63,700 nucleotides of DNA, filler included, from Dugesia japonica (GCA_001938525.1; 4 parts of 4 records of this genome joined end to end with filler, not necessarily neighbours in it); one strand, 5' to 3'; positions 1 through 13,815 are shown, counted from the whole stretch's first letter. Translations and numbers: made by a program. The notes: generated by a model from the sequence alone, not told the origin.

Positions 1-963
1 CTAAATGTTTCTGGCCAGTACAATATACAGGTCGTCACATTTATAACATAAATCAGTCTTCAAAGTATCATACTCAATACTATTTATATATTAATTCATA
101 GCATGACATATTAATACTAAAGATCTTCACCTTAAATATTATACTTTAAATAAAATTACCACGAACTGAAATACCGATAACTGAGAGGCATATAAATGTT
201 TACAGTCTTATTTAATTTACACCTTCAATAAAATGACAATTCCATTTAAAAGAGGCAACTCAAAAGTTAAAATTGAAATAAATTTTTCAATTTTTATCAA
301 TAAATCCTGTTATAATCTATCCTACGTATTGATTTTTTTATTAACTAAAATGTTTCAAAATTGATTTATTTGTATTTGTATTTATTTGTTAACGTATTCA
401 TTTTAAATTTCAATTATATATATCCAAATATAAAAGTATAACATCCGGTAAATTGATAAAAATGTATTCATTTTAATAACAATTAGTGAATGGATTTAAT
501 TTAATTTATATTCACATATGTTTGAGTAAAGTTGGTTATGGATTTATAAAGATTGTTTTATAAATTGTAATTTCTGCATTAGTTTGATAAATTTTTGAGC
601 TGAATTATATGTTGAATATCAGTTACGTGTGTTCGTGGAGGTCTATTGTTGATACTGAAAGATTAAAATTTCTTGACAATCAACGGATTGGTTTTCACCG
701 GATTAGAGTATTTCCAATTCCGTATGAAATTTATTTTATTTTAATATCAATTTATAGTATAATTTATTAATCAATCTTTCCAAAAATATTATTCAAGCAT
801 TTTCTTCAAAAAAATTTATTATATGGTTTAATCATTTTATTGAATTCAATTAAGTAACCAAATATTCATAACTGGATAGTATATTTAAATAACATGTAAA
901 CAAATTTTGAAAAATTATTAATCAAAAATTCATTTCTTTTATATTTATTTACTATTTATTTAG

Positions 964-1127
964 GTGAAGGTACATTTATTTTCAGTTGTAGTGAATATCA
1001 AATATTGAAAGAAACATTTGAGTATCTAATGAATGAAAATCAATTACACTCTAATTGGGGAAACAGTCTTAAACCTTCTAAAAGCAATATCCATAGACAA
1101 ATTTCTGCAATAGAACCTAGAACAGAA
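964..1127 (+). CDS. Internal exon of an FRS2/DOK-family adaptor gene (C-terminal end of IRS-type PTB domain)
   Basis: Pyrimidine tract + TAG acceptor (961-963) and GTAATT donor at 1128. Open frame (G)EGTFIFSCSEYQILKETFEYLMNEN...PRTE resembles the PTB end of FRS2 (GQGIFAFKCARAEELFNMLQEIM) and DOK (GEGxFxF). Upstream exons were not found in the window. Confidence 0.7.
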
Positions 1128-1604
1128 GTAATTGTTGAAATTTTTGCAAGATTTTATTAACATAATTGTCAAATTTTTAACAAAATTTTATTTCTCAGAT
1201 AAATATTTCAGTATTTCAATATTTGTATTATAAACTGTTATTTAAATGAAAATTTAACGTAATAAAATTTGTTAAATTTTAAAAAATGCTATTTTATACA
1301 CAGTTAATAAATTAATATGCTATAATTTTGAAAACAATCAGTATTTAAAAATAATTTCACATTTCAGATACGAATCGAAAGGATTAAATTGCTCAAAAGT
1401 CTTTTAAAAAGTTATCTGTAAATTATTTATTCCTTATATGAATAATTTTTATTTGATAGCTAGTTTAGAATAGTTTCTTTAAATCAAAAAACATAATTTA
1501 AAAATATTTTCTTTAATTTCTTAATGAATATTCGAATTTTCGACAATAGTTTTCAGGGATTAACTTTTTGATTTATCTATGCTATTTAAAATAAATAAAA
1601 TTAA

Positions 1605-2748
1605 TTTTTGAAAAAAATGTCGTTTTTAACCTTAAACTTTAAACTCAAACAAGTAAAGTCCAAATAATATTTGATATTATTTTTAATATTAATTGAAAAC
1701 CCTCCGTTTTTATTGACGAATTCAAAAATGGAAAAAATGTAATGGGGTATGATTTTTCTGTACGAGTTAAAACTCGATTATAAAGCTGTAGAGACCACTG
1801 GTAATGTCAAAGGTGCGTTCGACCAAAGTATCGTAAATAATTACATTATGCAATGATGATTTAAACAATTTACAGAAGAAAATGAAAGCCTAAAAAATAA
1901 AGAAGGTCGTGAATACTCATCTGCACTGGACAATGATAAATTGAATAACTTGATTAAGGCAGATTCACACATAACAATTTGATAGTTTGCTAATGATTTA
2001 AATGCAAGTCATCCGACAGTTCGGGNNNNNNNNNNNNNNNNNNNNNNNNNNNAGAAACTTGAAAAATAAATACCTAATTATTTTAATTAGAAACAAAAAA
2101 TTCGGCGTTTTGAAGTGTGCTCATCTCTTTTGCGGAATGATTTATTTATCAATCGCATTGTGACATGTGATCAAATGGGTTTAATATGACAATCACAACC
2201 GTTCTACACAGGGGTTCCACCTCGACCAAGCCCCAAACACCTTAGAGAATCAGAGCTTTACTTAAAAAGATTATGTTCAAAATTTGGTGGTATGTTGGAA
2301 GCATTATTTATTTTGACTTTCTGGCGCTGGGAGAAACAATTAGCAAAAATAAGTATTGCCAAGAAATAGATATAGTGCATTAAAGATGCAAAAACGTCGT
2401 TTTTTTGGTCAACAGAGTAGGTTATATTATTTTTCATGACACCAGAGTACAAAATTTGGCAGAATCCGCCATTCTCTCTGGCCTATCCACTTACCAATTA
2501 TCATATTTTTAACATCTTGAACTCTTTCTAAAAGATCATATTTACAACCAATATGCTTCTATAAATGCCTTTCAGCTGATTATAGAATCCAAGACACCGG
2601 AATTCTTTACCTTTGGGATAAATCACCTCATTTCCTATAGGAATATGTCGATTATAATTCGTATTATTTAAATTAATAAATGTTATTTGGATGTGAATTA
2701 TTTGAATTTAAAAATAAAGTTTAAAAAGGTTATTTTATTTTGTCAGAA
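1605..2748 (+). mobile_element. Decayed mariner element (Hsmar1/cecropia-like transposase pseudogene, about 1728-2672)
   Basis: Conceptual translation IFLYELKLDYKAVETTGNVKGAF...DNDKLNNLIKAD...RRFEVCSSLL...RIVTCD parallels the Hsmar1 transposase. Many stops and frameshifts. Degenerate inverted ends at about 1605-1680 and 2672-2748. Confidence 0.85.
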
Positions 2749-3380
2749 TTATCACAAATTCAATAATAAAAAAATTATGTTTAACCGTACAGTTTTCGAA
2801 ATTATGTTCAATTTAAAACTCTAATTAAAACTCAAATATGTATTTAAAATTTATCTTTATTTTCATAATGAGGTCATTATTGTATACATTGCTTGTCGAG
2901 TAATTTTTTAATAACTACTACAATTTGAATAATTTTTTTAATGTTTTTGTGAATTGTTTATGTAATCGTAAACATTCAGTAGAAATTCATGATTCTTCGT
3001 CTGTTTTTTATTGCTAAAATGTGATAGTATGTATTCATGTTCATATTTAACATTAACTAATTTTTTATTTTCGTGCTAGATTTTTTTAGTTTTTAAAATA
3101 CGATTGTGAAAATTAAAATTATGTATATCAATTGTTACATTTTAAAAGTATTTATAATTAATTGTGTCGACAAGTTTTTATTTCAAAATTTTCCATTTAA
3201 CACATTTTTTCAAATTTAATGCCTATCTCAAATAATAAATCTTTGAATTAAGAAAAACATTAAATCCTTTGCGTTCCACTATCCAGTGATACTGGACATC
3301 GCATTTCGGTGGAATAGATTCCACTGGACAGATTTCATTGACATACTTAAAAGGGTTTATCTTCCAGATTTTTTAGGGGG

Positions 3381-4733
3381 TGTTAGGTACATCTAACGAG
3401 AATTGATTTTGCAAATCACAACAACTAATTTCACTCATTTTTATTTCAAATTAAACTATAAAAATATAAAAACTTTTCTGAAATAGGAACTAAAAAATTA
3501 AACATAATTTAAACAATTTCTATTGGTTGAAACTTTTTTATTATTTATTTCCGTATATCCCATTCTTAAGAAACTTTCTAAGTTTTTCTACATTTCTATT
3601 CAATCTCTTTCCATTTTATCCTTGTATCGTATCCCGTCTTCGTGAATTATGCGATAAGGACCTTCAAATCTGTCTTGGCATTTATTTTTTGGTTTTACCT
3701 TGATGAGGGCATAATCTCCTACTTTGAATTCTCTATTCGTAGTCACTTCTGAAAACCTTTCTTTAGTTATTTCTGAAACTTCTAACTAGTACCACTTTTC
3801 TCTGCTAATTTTCTTTCCAAAAACGATCTCAGTCGGGCTCTTTTCAGTCGTCTTCTGCTTTGTTGCTTTCAATGTAAATTCAATTTCCGGTAAAATGTCT
3901 GCTTTAAAATGTCTGTTGCATTATTTAAATCTCGAATTGTCAATTTGTTCGTTTGCATTATGATGATAAGAACTTGAAAAGCAAAGTTTAATGTCTAATT
4001 TCTGTGCTAACTCTCTCATAATTCTAGATAAAAAGGCTTTTCCGTAATCTAGTCTTAATACAAATCTATTAATATTACTTCGTAATTAATAATTCGTTAA
4101 TATTTCTCTTGGACATCCAAATCTCAAAATCCACTGCTCAAAAACAGCTTTTCGTATTGTTTCCTAGTCTTGTCTAAACAGTGCTATAATAGCCAGATAT
4201 TTGCTGAACTGATAGATTATTTTCAGAATGTATTTTTTTCGTCCACTTGTTTCCCGCATTGGTCCACATATATCTGTGAATATGACTTCAAACGATGTGG
4301 TGGCTTCTAATCTCTTTGCCATCTCTTTAGTTGATGTTGTCACTACTTTAGTCTTCTGACAAATTTCACAACTACGAACTATCTCCACAAATTCTACGCA
4401 ATGCATTTGTCTCTCATATATTCGTACACCTTTTAACTCCAGCATGACATAATAATTTATGTATTCCTATTGTTTCATGTATTTTGTCATCCGGAATTTT
4501 TATTTTCTTGATTATGTTTAATTGATCCTCTTTTTCTATTGTGTTCAGAGCTCTTGTTTTAATCTTCCCTTTGCATCTTCGTGTAACATTTGACATTGTA
4601 CTTCAAATTGAAACTTCACATTTTGGTTTTTTGTAATTTCGACTTGTTACTCTGGCGTAACTTCCAACTGAATTAATTTTATCTCTGTTTTTCTCTACTC
4701 GATCTGCTAACGTCATTGTTTCTTCAATTGCTT
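3381..4733 (-). mobile_element. Ty3/Gypsy family A remnant: short gag piece fused to integrase, PPT and about 177-bp 3' LTR (3381-3557)
   Basis: Integrase HHCC/core motifs (HKLLCHAG, CEICQK, FEVIFTDICGP) and C-terminus RNVEKLRKFLK followed by a purine tract. The LTR ends ...TACCTAACA like the copies at 35983 and 57893. 4600-4733 matches gag at about 39530-39620. Confidence 0.85.
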
Positions 4734-4734
4734 C

Positions 4735-5538
4735 GGATTTAAGTCCGGAGATCAAGCAGGCCATGCATGAGGTCCACCTATACCAATCCAGCGATCATGA
4801 TATGTTGCATTTAGTGACCCACGAGCAAGTCTACTAAAATGCGCCGGTGCTCCATNATNCATAAACCACATTACTTTTNTCATTACCAATGGTATATCCT
4901 CAAGCCATTCNGGTAGCCTATCGTCCAAAAAATTTCGGTATACCTTAGAGGTAAGTGTTTCTGGTAGGATCACCGGTTCGATTAAAAAATCACCCACAAT
5001 TCCAACCGAAACGTTCAATGAGAACTGTTATTGGAAACAATCTTCACCTATCTCATACATGATTATTATGGAAATTCATTATGGCATTTTTTGAGAAATT
5101 TGCTTCATCGGTAAACAGAATTAGGCTNNNNNNNNNNNNNNNNNNNNNNNNNNNNNNNNNNNNNNNNNNNNNNNNNNNNNNNNNNNNNNNNNNNNNNNNN
5201 NNNNNNNNNNNNNNNNNNNNNNNNNNNNNNNNNNNNNNNNNNNNNNNNNNNNNNNNNNNNNNNNNNNNNNNNNNNNNNNNNNNNNNNNNNNNNNNNNNNN
5301 NNNNNNNNNNNNNNNNNNNNNNNNCCTCTACCATATCACACACATCTTTAATTTCTATTATTTTTCCTGTTTTTGGTCTTTCTGGCTCACCATTATGTTT
5401 AAACGTGCCTGTTAAGTGAAGATGCCGATGAATTCTTTCAAAAGTTTTCCTATCAGTAAGTTTTCCTAACCCGTACATAAAATGCATGTCCGTCCTTTCG
5501 GCGTTTGTATATTGATTCGTGATATGAGATTTAGGCAT
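4735..5538 (-). mobile_element. Truncated Tc1/mariner-superfamily transposase pseudogene, DD41D (rosa) type
   Basis: YTNAERTDMHFMYG N-terminus, ILFTDEANF, GAPAHF...RWIG...WPA*SPDLNP. 40 residues run from GAPAH to the break at SPDLNP, consistent with D41D spacing. Truncated at SPDLNP. Confidence 0.85.
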
Positions 5539-5989
5539 ATTCTTAATTTTTATTTTATATACATGTAGATTAATTTTAAAAAAGGCTTACTTTTTAGAAT
5601 ATTTAAAACAAAATATTTTAATTAATGTTGATTGATAATAAAGATATTATGTATAATAAATACATTGCAACAGATTTGATATAAATTACTGATATTGTTA
5701 TTGGTATTTGTGTTATATTGATAGTTAAGTTATAATTATTTGTAAAAACTATTCGTGTTTTTAAAGTCTTGATAGGCATGTATTTTTGAAACGAAATCAT
5801 TTTGAAAAGATAATAAATATTTATATGTATAAAAATCCAAGGAATTTTTTTCCCTCATGTTTACCAAGTAAACATTAAAAAAAAATTTTTTTGTCCTTGT
5901 TTTTGAATAGGTAGAATTATACATATTGTCAATAAGGATGAAGTAGTCGAAGACTATTCGTTAAAACTGAACGTAATAATGTCAGATCC

Positions 5990-6150
5990 ACCAAATAAAT
6001 TTAAAAATTGTATCGCCTGCTCAAATCAAAATATGGTTGGTGGATAAAAAAGAAAAACAATATTTTTGTGAAACCTGTCCGACGAAATCTGCAATTCACG
6101 AAGGAAACTGTTTTTAAAGATACCATATGTTGACTACTTTTAAATTATAA
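5990..6150 (+). mobile_element. piggyBac transposase C-terminal cysteine-rich domain remnant
   Basis: KNCIACSNQ...RKTI/FCETCPTKSAIHEGNCFKRYH (one frameshift, one stop) fits the PGBD-type CxxC..CxxC..H..CF..YH tail. Confidence 0.7.
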
Positions 6151-7480
6151 TTTGTTTTCATAAGAAAATATTGTTTACTACAATTGTTTTTNNNTTCATT
6201 TATTCAAATTGATTTATTTTGTTCTTAAAATTAATTTGAACTGGCTACCGACACTCTAATAAACTCAGTAGACTGATAAGTGTGAAAATATCAATTTCTA
6301 GTAATTGATAATTACAGATTTTCTAATTTTATATCTATATTTTAATGTCATCAATTAACGAAATCATTAAACTATACTGTTTAGGATGTTGACCACAAGA
6401 TACTTATGAGTTTACTTCATATTTTGTACATCGTTCTTAGGTATTTTCCGGTTATAAGTCGTGTTTGAATGATTTTCAGACTTTGACATTTTAATAATTA
6501 TTAAAACTTCGTAAGATTAAAAAATGCGTTCAAGTTTGTTTTATTCATTTCAACTTATTAAAAACAAAATTAAATTGATAATTGTTTATTACTTTCAATT
6601 TTTTTTATATTGAAAAAAAAAATTGAAAAATTTTATCGTGTGGTACAAAAATACATATCTTGTGAAAACGTTATCTGTGTAGAGTATGACTAGTATGACT
6701 TAAACTTTTGTAAAATAGCAAATGAGGTGGCGACACATCAAGTATATTGAATTAATGACAATTGGTTTCAAAATGACATTATTTTTACAGGCTCATCGTG
6801 TTGNNNNNNNNNNNNNNNNNNNNNNNNNNNNNNNNNNNNNNNNNNNNNNNNNNNNNNNNNNNNNNNNNNNNNNNNNNNNNNNNNNNNNNNNNNNNNNNNN
6901 NNNNNNNNNNNNNNNNNNGAACCATAGCATCATTAAGCTTATTTTTCGATAATGTGTATTGTCCGAAAATTTCATAATTCCTTAAATATAAATTAATATT
7001 TTCTTTATTAATTACTCTTGAATCTGAAAATATCAAAAATATAACAAAATATTAAAATTTTTAAAAATTTTAATTCACATCTAAAGTCTTTAGACAAAAA
7101 ATTATGCATGAAAATGGTGATTAGAACTAATTGCTTATACACGACTTGTAATTATATAGATTTGTGGCAGAATATTAAAATATTTTTTCAACGCTCTTAA
7201 AGTATTATGACGGTAGGTAATATTATGGATAAAACTAGAAGTATTATTTGAAAATAATGTACTTATTTTTTGTTTTGTTGATATTTCATCAAATAAATAT
7301 AATAGTTTATAAACATTATCTTGTTTGTAAGTGGATAAATATTCCATTATAATTGGACAAAATGTTCAGATCATATTGAAATCATAATTTTTTGATTTGT
7401 AAATTAATTTTTACAATTAAAATGGAAATATTTAATATAATTAATAAATATAAAATAAAATAGAGTATTTATATTTATAG

Positions 7481-7580
7481 ACACTCCATTTAATGACTTC
7501 TTCTTTACAATTTAATCGATCCCAATCAATGAATGCTACTTGTCACCATTCATGCGTTGAAAAATATTCCAGATTACATG
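7481..7580 (+). CDS. Next exon of the FRS2/DOK-like gene (TLHLMTSSLQFNRSQSMNATCHHSCVEKYSRLH)
   Basis: TTTATAG acceptor, strong GTAAGT donor, 100 nt open. Phase 0 start matches the exon ending at 1127; phase 1 end matches the exon at 10916. Confidence 0.7.
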
Positions 7581-7659
7581 GTAAGTGATATTTTGTTTAT
7601 CTTGTTTGTTTTGTACAATTTTCTGATTATTTTAATAATTTAGCGTAATTAAAAAAACA

Positions 7660-8255
7660 TTAACATGTTGACTGTAGTGTAGGTCACCGGTGACTGGTAC
7701 TCGACTTGGCTGCTGCGGCGTGGCGCTACCAATAGTAAAATACATTAATATAAATATCGATACTGATAAATTTTTCAATAATACTGTTGTTAATATAATG
7801 GTTTGAAGAAATTAAAATTAATAGAACATATAAAAATAACTTTATTAACACATATAAAATATACATATTATTTGTGCATATTGCGACGAATCACATTGAA
7901 GTACTCTAGGCAAAATATAGGTGAACTAATACAATCGGCATAATGTCACCACTTTTCTAGTAGATTTCTTTACACTTATTTTCCCTAGCTGCTTTGAATT
8001 TTTTTCGTAGTACACTTTGCAAAATTCTCTTACATTTCGTGCTTTTCTGGGTATTTTTTTAAATTCGTAACGTGGTTTTTTCTATAAGCAGTTACTTGAT
8101 TGTTGGTCGTATTGAGAAAGATTAAGTAAACAGGGTAGCTGCTTAGCAACTCGAGCACAACAATTTGAAAGAAATGATAATCTCGAAAATGTCCTACAGC
8201 GCCTCGGAAGTCATCGGTGACTGCCACCACGAAAAATGCATTAAACATGATTAGA
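7660..8255 (-). mobile_element. Internally deleted piggyBac-like element
   Basis: End TTAA-CATGTTGACTG...GTCACCGGTGAC at 7660-7693 with a degenerate inverted counterpart at about 8210-8255. The minus strand reads ARNVREFCKVYYEKNSKQLG...TRKVVT..DCISSPIFCLEYFN, a decayed piggyBac CRD. Confidence 0.6.
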
Positions 8256-10915
8256 CAACTCAACTTATCTGTCGTAAATAATATTTTAACATAATATGCA
8301 TCAAATAATAAAAAATTCATGTTAACGCGATTGGCAAACCACGTAAAATATGCGCGGTAGTCAACGCACAAATCAAAAAAGAGTATAATAAAAAAATGGT
8401 CAAGTAAAAAGCGTGGATCAAAAATTAAAGAAAATCCTTTTTTTAAAGAAAATATATTTAATAATCACTTTAAATTATTATATCTCCGTTGTTAATTATC
8501 AATTTTTAATGATATAATAAAATAAAAGTAACATTTATACACTAATTTGGACACTGAACTTGACAGTAAAATCCTACTTATGACTTTAATCTTTTTTANA
8601 TTACTTAACGCTCTTATCATTTTAGTTGTATCACAACCAATGTTCCCTCTAAGTCGCTCAGTTCCTGTAAAATTTTACAGTAACACTGTCCGGGAAATAC
8701 AAATAAATTTATTATGTTGTTTTCACTTACGCTGATTCTTTTCCTGTGCAGTCAATCAAAAAATAGAAGGAAAATTGATTAAAACTAATGATTCTATTAT
8801 AAAGACGCTATTATATTTAAGTTATTGAAAATCTGCATTTTTGAAGTTTCTTTATAATTGGTTTTGAACTTAAATATGAGGATATCGATTGACAAATAAT
8901 CTTTGAATAAAATGATTTTTTACAAAATCTCTTTAGGAATGTCATGCTCGAAATCCATTTTTCACATTTTGTTTTTAGTTTCAATTGTTTATAGTTGAAT
9001 TGCTCGTTTCTAATTTTTCTATTTGAACTAGAAATTGCTTTCTATCTCAAATAATTTGACGCTTAGAACTTTGTTGTAAGTGCAAAGTTGGACACATTTT
9101 TTACTAGTGATAAATTTGATTTTAGATCTTAATATAGATTTTGATAAATTAAAATTGCTAAAATATTGATTTTAAATCAATTATAAGAATAGTTTTAGAA
9201 TTTTATGCTAAAATATTAATGATTTTTAGAAGACGTATGGATGAAGAATTAATATTTATGTATAATAAACTCCCTAATATCCGCCAAAGTTTAATTTCTG
9301 TAAAGTGGCGGATACGAGAAATCGTTTAGTTGCTCTTGGATCAAAGACAGTAGGATTGATTTCATCAAATTTAATTATTTCTAATTTCTCCTTTATACAT
9401 TATTAAGGCTAAAAAGTTTAATAAGCAGCAATTTATAATTATAACATGTTTTTATTTACTTAGAATGGCGGATATAGGCTTACTGTATTATGAAAANNNN
9501 NNNNNNNNNNNNNNNNNNNNNNNNNNNNNNNNNNNNNNNNNNNNNNNNNNNNNNNNNNNNNNNNNNNNNNNNNNNNNNNNNNNNNNNNNNNNNNNNNNNN
9601 NNNNNNNNNNNNAAATGTATACATTTAAATTGTATACATTTAAAGCGATTTTTTGTAATTATGTGCTATAGATAATAACAATAATTCAGTTACCGAATTC
9701 AATACCAATCTTATTATTCATAATCTATTTTAGTAACTGCACTTCAGTCCATTTTATATTATGATTTTATATGAACTTTATTAATTTGTGGGATGAATTA
9801 ATTTGATATTTTTTTGCAGTTTAAAAATTATGAGAAAGATTTTTATTCAAATAAATATTTTTTTTATAAAAGATTCAGTAATATATTAGAATTTTATTTG
9901 AACGATATTACAAACCATGAAAATTCAAATAACAAAATCGATGAGCTTAAAGCGTTTTTTCTTTTATAATTTTTTAAAGGTTTGTAGTTTAATTATTACT
10001 GTATGTTTTGAAAAGCGAGTTGAAATTTTTGTGCTTTAGTTGGAAATCATTTTCTTAAAATCTTTTTTTTATATTGAAAGTCAGAAATTAATTATGAAAT
10101 TAAATTAAATTTTTTGTATAAAAATTGTGAATAGTTTAAGGATTATTTTAAATATTTTTATACACACACACTTTTAGAATTTTAAATAAGATTTTAATAA
10201 CAAATGATTTTTTTATTTAAATATTTCGAAAAGAATTTGAAATGAAATTTTGAATACAAATTATTATTTTATTTGAATTTTTGGAGAAATTTTAAATGAG
10301 ATTTTGATTATTTTATTGGAATTTTCAAAATTATTTTGAATGAAAATTTAATCTAAAATTTTAAATTTATTGAAAAATGATTCCGAAATTAAAGCAGTGT
10401 TTTAATTTGTTTGAATAAACAAATAGTGGTGGATATATTTTTGTTTTGTGAATAAATCTTTTCTGGAAACGAGTTTTGTTATTAATTACCCGANNNNNNN
10501 NNNNNNNNNNNNNNNNNNNNNNNNNNNNNNNNNNNNNNNNNNNNNNNNNNNNNNNNNNNNNNNTTTTTTCTTCATTTATATCTTTTCATCACTGCATTGC
10601 GTTACTCAATTTTCTCTTTATAAAGTCTTTTATTACAAGTTACGTTTTTTAAAAATTACTTCTCAAAATCTTAGTTCAAGTTTTAGTTCACTTAACTAAA
10701 ATTATATTTAAGATTTTCTCTATAGTTAGATTGTTAAGAACATGTAATTTCAAATACAGCATTTCATAGGCTTACAATTGTAATGTTTCTACTTATTTAT
10801 TTTTATATAAATAGTTCATAAAATTTAATTTCAATCAAAAATTTATTTTCTTTAAATTAAACATACCGTATCACAATTAATTAAACCCTAAACGTTAAAC
10901 CTCATTTATTTTCAG

Positions 10916-11193
10916 ATTTTTCAGCGATGCCTAATTTTAGAAATCGAGATGATGTTAGTGATTTAACATCAAGTGAATCTACAGTCAGTAGTGGAACTAT
11001 GAATGTTTCTAATATCTTGTCTTTAAATCATGAAAATTACTTGACGGAAGTAACCAATATTTCAATCCCTGGTTCTGGCGGAGAGTACCTTGTTGCTGCT
11101 AATGTTCCAATTGCCCACGGTTATGTTAATCAGCATAATTCAAATAATTCAGAAAATATTGTTCAACAAACGCCAAATTACATTAATGAAATG
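10916..11193 (+). CDS. Exon of the FRS2/DOK-like gene: Ser/Asn-rich tail with YVN and YIN (Grb2-SH2-type YxN) motifs
   Basis: TTATTTTCAG acceptor, GTTAGA donor at 11194. The split codon G|AT gives Asp in frame with ORF 10927-11211. HGYVNQ and PNYINE resemble the tyrosine docking motifs of FRS2 tails. Confidence 0.72.
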
Positions 11194-11423
11194 GTTAGAG
11201 TATACTATTAATTTTATTTAATTATTTATTACATATAAATTAAATATAGTATCAAATTTTTCCAAAATTAGGTCCAGTGTTTGTATTCGGATTTCTGGAA
11301 AATACATAACTATTTTCCATATTTTGTCAAAATAAATAATAAATAATAAAAAATATTCTGTCAATATAATAAAGACAAACAAGCCTTTTTGAAACTTTGT
11401 GTATTTTCCAAGTGCAGTAAAGT

Positions 11424-11682
11424 AGTAGATGGATAGTAGCGCACGGAAACACCCCCCAGGGAAAAAAATTTTTTCGGCCGATTTTTTCATTTTTTTCAAA
11501 ATGAGGTGAAATTATTTATTTTGTTTAAATGAAGTAAATTAATTTTACTCAATCTGAACAAAAACAATTAATTTAACTTAATTTAAACAAAATAAATAAT
11601 TTCACCTCATTTAAACAAAAAAATTGGCCAAAAAAATAAATTTTTCCTGGGGGGTGTTCGCGTACGCTACTATTTATCTACT
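11424..11682. mobile_element. Foldback MITE, probably Mutator-like
   Basis: Almost the whole 259 bp is an imperfect palindrome (AGTAGATGGATAGTAGCG...CGCTACTATTTATCTACT; TGAGGTGAAATTATTTATTTTGTTTAAAT and its reverse complement). Flanks CAGTAAAGT / CAGTAAAAC form a 7/9 candidate 9-bp TSD. Confidence 0.75.
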
Positions 11683-12002
11683 CAGTAAAACTTCGAATTT
11701 TCGCCAACTTCAATTTTACCAGCAATATTCTAAAATCTCAAAATATAATACAAAACAAACAAACGTGAAAAGGCCGTAAAATTTACACCATAAAATAGAA
11801 AGAAAAAATAAGTTTTTCAGGCATTAAGTTTTGTTTTTCTTTTGAGAAAACTAGAAAGCTAAATGTGTTGTTATTTTCATTTAAATGTAAATTTCTCAAT
11901 ATATTACCATATAAAATTAGACTTGGGTTTATAAAGGTGATTTATGTCTAATTATCTTTTAGGGTCCTATTCTGAATATTGTTGGTGTTAGATGAATTTG
12001 TA

Positions 12003-12102
12003 NNNNNNNNNNNNNNNNNNNNNNNNNNNNNNNNNNNNNNNNNNNNTTAATTAATTAANNNNNNNNNNNNNNNNNNNNNNNNNNNNNNNNNNNNNNNNNN
12101 NN
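12003..12102. other. Artificial 100-nt scaffold spacer (44N-TTAATTAATTAA-44N)
   Basis: Identical structure occurs three times; the 12-mer is a palindromic all-frame stop linker. Confidence 0.95.
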
Positions 12103-13296
12103 TAATATTATTAATAATATAATTAATATAATATTATAATATAATATAATATATAATATTAATTAATATAATATAAAAATATAATTAATATTATTGATAT
12201 TATTATAAATTCTATGCATTATTAATATTTATTGTTACCATCTTTATTATTATTTCATAATGTAAATGAAAATTATATTAAATCGCATATTTTTATTTAA
12301 TTTTATANNNNNNNNNNNNNNNNNNNNNNNNNNNNNNNNNNNNNNAAAAAAAATACTATATAAAAAGTTTTAAAATTTTTCGTAATCAATATTCATAATT
12401 AATAAATAATTCATTAAACGTTAAATATTTGTAACAACTAAACTGATACTGTATTCGGTATTCTCCACTCAAAAGAATTGTTACTTCACAATTATAAATT
12501 TGTTTACATTTTTCTCTACCTATAATTTATTACTATATCAACTTTTTAATCAATATTTAATTTAAAACTTTTAATAAATAGGGAATAAAATTTTTGCAAA
12601 TTAACATAACCTCTGCCGATAAGTAATGAGAACATATTTTTATTTATAATTTAATAATTATCATTAATTATTATTTCTCTTTTATTATTTATTGAACATT
12701 TTTTTATTTTTTATTTCTCAAATATATTTTTTTATTTTATTTTATTTTTTATTCATGATTTCTTCATCATTACGATTAAGTCTTTTTTTTCAGTATTCGA
12801 TTGTCAAATATAAATTTTTGGTGTACATTTGATACTTTTTTGATTAGTGGGTTCCATTAAAAATTCTATTTGAAATAATACTTTCTTCCTAGTCTTATTA
12901 TTTAAACAAGAAGAAATCTAATCGCGTATTGTTGCCTTTTAATTGTCCATTTGTGTGAATATTTAATAACAATATTATATTTAAATGCCATTTTCATAAT
13001 GAATATAGATCAGAACATTTTTATTAATTATATTTCGTGCATTAAATTTTAATATTCAGTCATTAGGGATAAATGTTGTGATAATATTTTCATTAGAAGT
13101 AGTACCGAATTGATCAATTATGGCTAGAATACACTTTTATCACTTATTGTAATTTGAAATGGTCTATAAATATCGATATTAATACTTTTTAAAGTTTCTT
13201 TTGCATTAATCTTTGAATGAAATTTTTTCATTTTTGAATTAAATGGTTTTTGGTTTCGACAAAATTCTACACTTTCCTTTATTATATCTTTGAAAT

Positions 13297-13815
13297 ATTA
13301 GGTTGTCCAGAAAATTCTTACTGTTTTTTACTATGAAATAAAAAGCAGTTTCTAAACAAAGAAAGGTTTTATTCAGTAACCTTATGGACATTATTATTAA
13401 CAATTTTTTGATATATTTCTGCCTATATTATGATTTTCTTAACAAAAAATTTCTGATTTTGTTCAGGAAAAAATACTTTCAGGTGCGTTTTGATATTGTC
13501 TTCTGAGGTAAAAGATTTTCTCTGACATAGATATTTGGAGATAGCAAAATAGATAGAACTCTGATGGTACCATATCAGTACTATGTGATGGGTCTTGCAG
13601 CAAAACCTAGCGAAGTTCCAGTAATTTTTCTCGAATCTTGAAAGATATGTGAAGTTTTACGATTTTGTGATATAAAACAATATCTTCGCAAGTTTCTTTT
13701 TTTGTACATTTCTCCTGCAAGGAAAATTTTTAATTTGTTTAATTGGTGACAGTAAGCATTTGATTATATTGCAGTTTTAACTGGTAAGAGTTCAAAATAT
13801 ATAATACTCTTATAA
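13297..13815 (-). mobile_element. 3' half of a decayed mariner element
   Basis: Terminal TATTAGGTTGTCCAGAAAA TIR-like end. The minus strand gives PSHSTDMVPSEFYLFCYLQ, a decayed HPPYSPDLAPSDYHLF motif. Confidence 0.7.

Noticed and set aside
1368-6440. Extra candidate exons of the adaptor gene at about 1368-1417 and 6386-6440
   Set aside because: Their end phases are incompatible with the 1127-7481 junction, and the donors are weak.
9275-9392. Minus-strand frame EKLEIIKFDEINPTVFDPRATKRFL as a host exon or hAT transposase tail
   Set aside because: Too short, with a weak acceptor and only an FDP-like resemblance; not supportable.
12047-12058. Recurrent palindrome TTAATTAATTAA (also 28008 and 46803) as a biological motif or piggyBac target
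   Set aside because: Always centred between exactly 44 N on each side; a synthetic linker.
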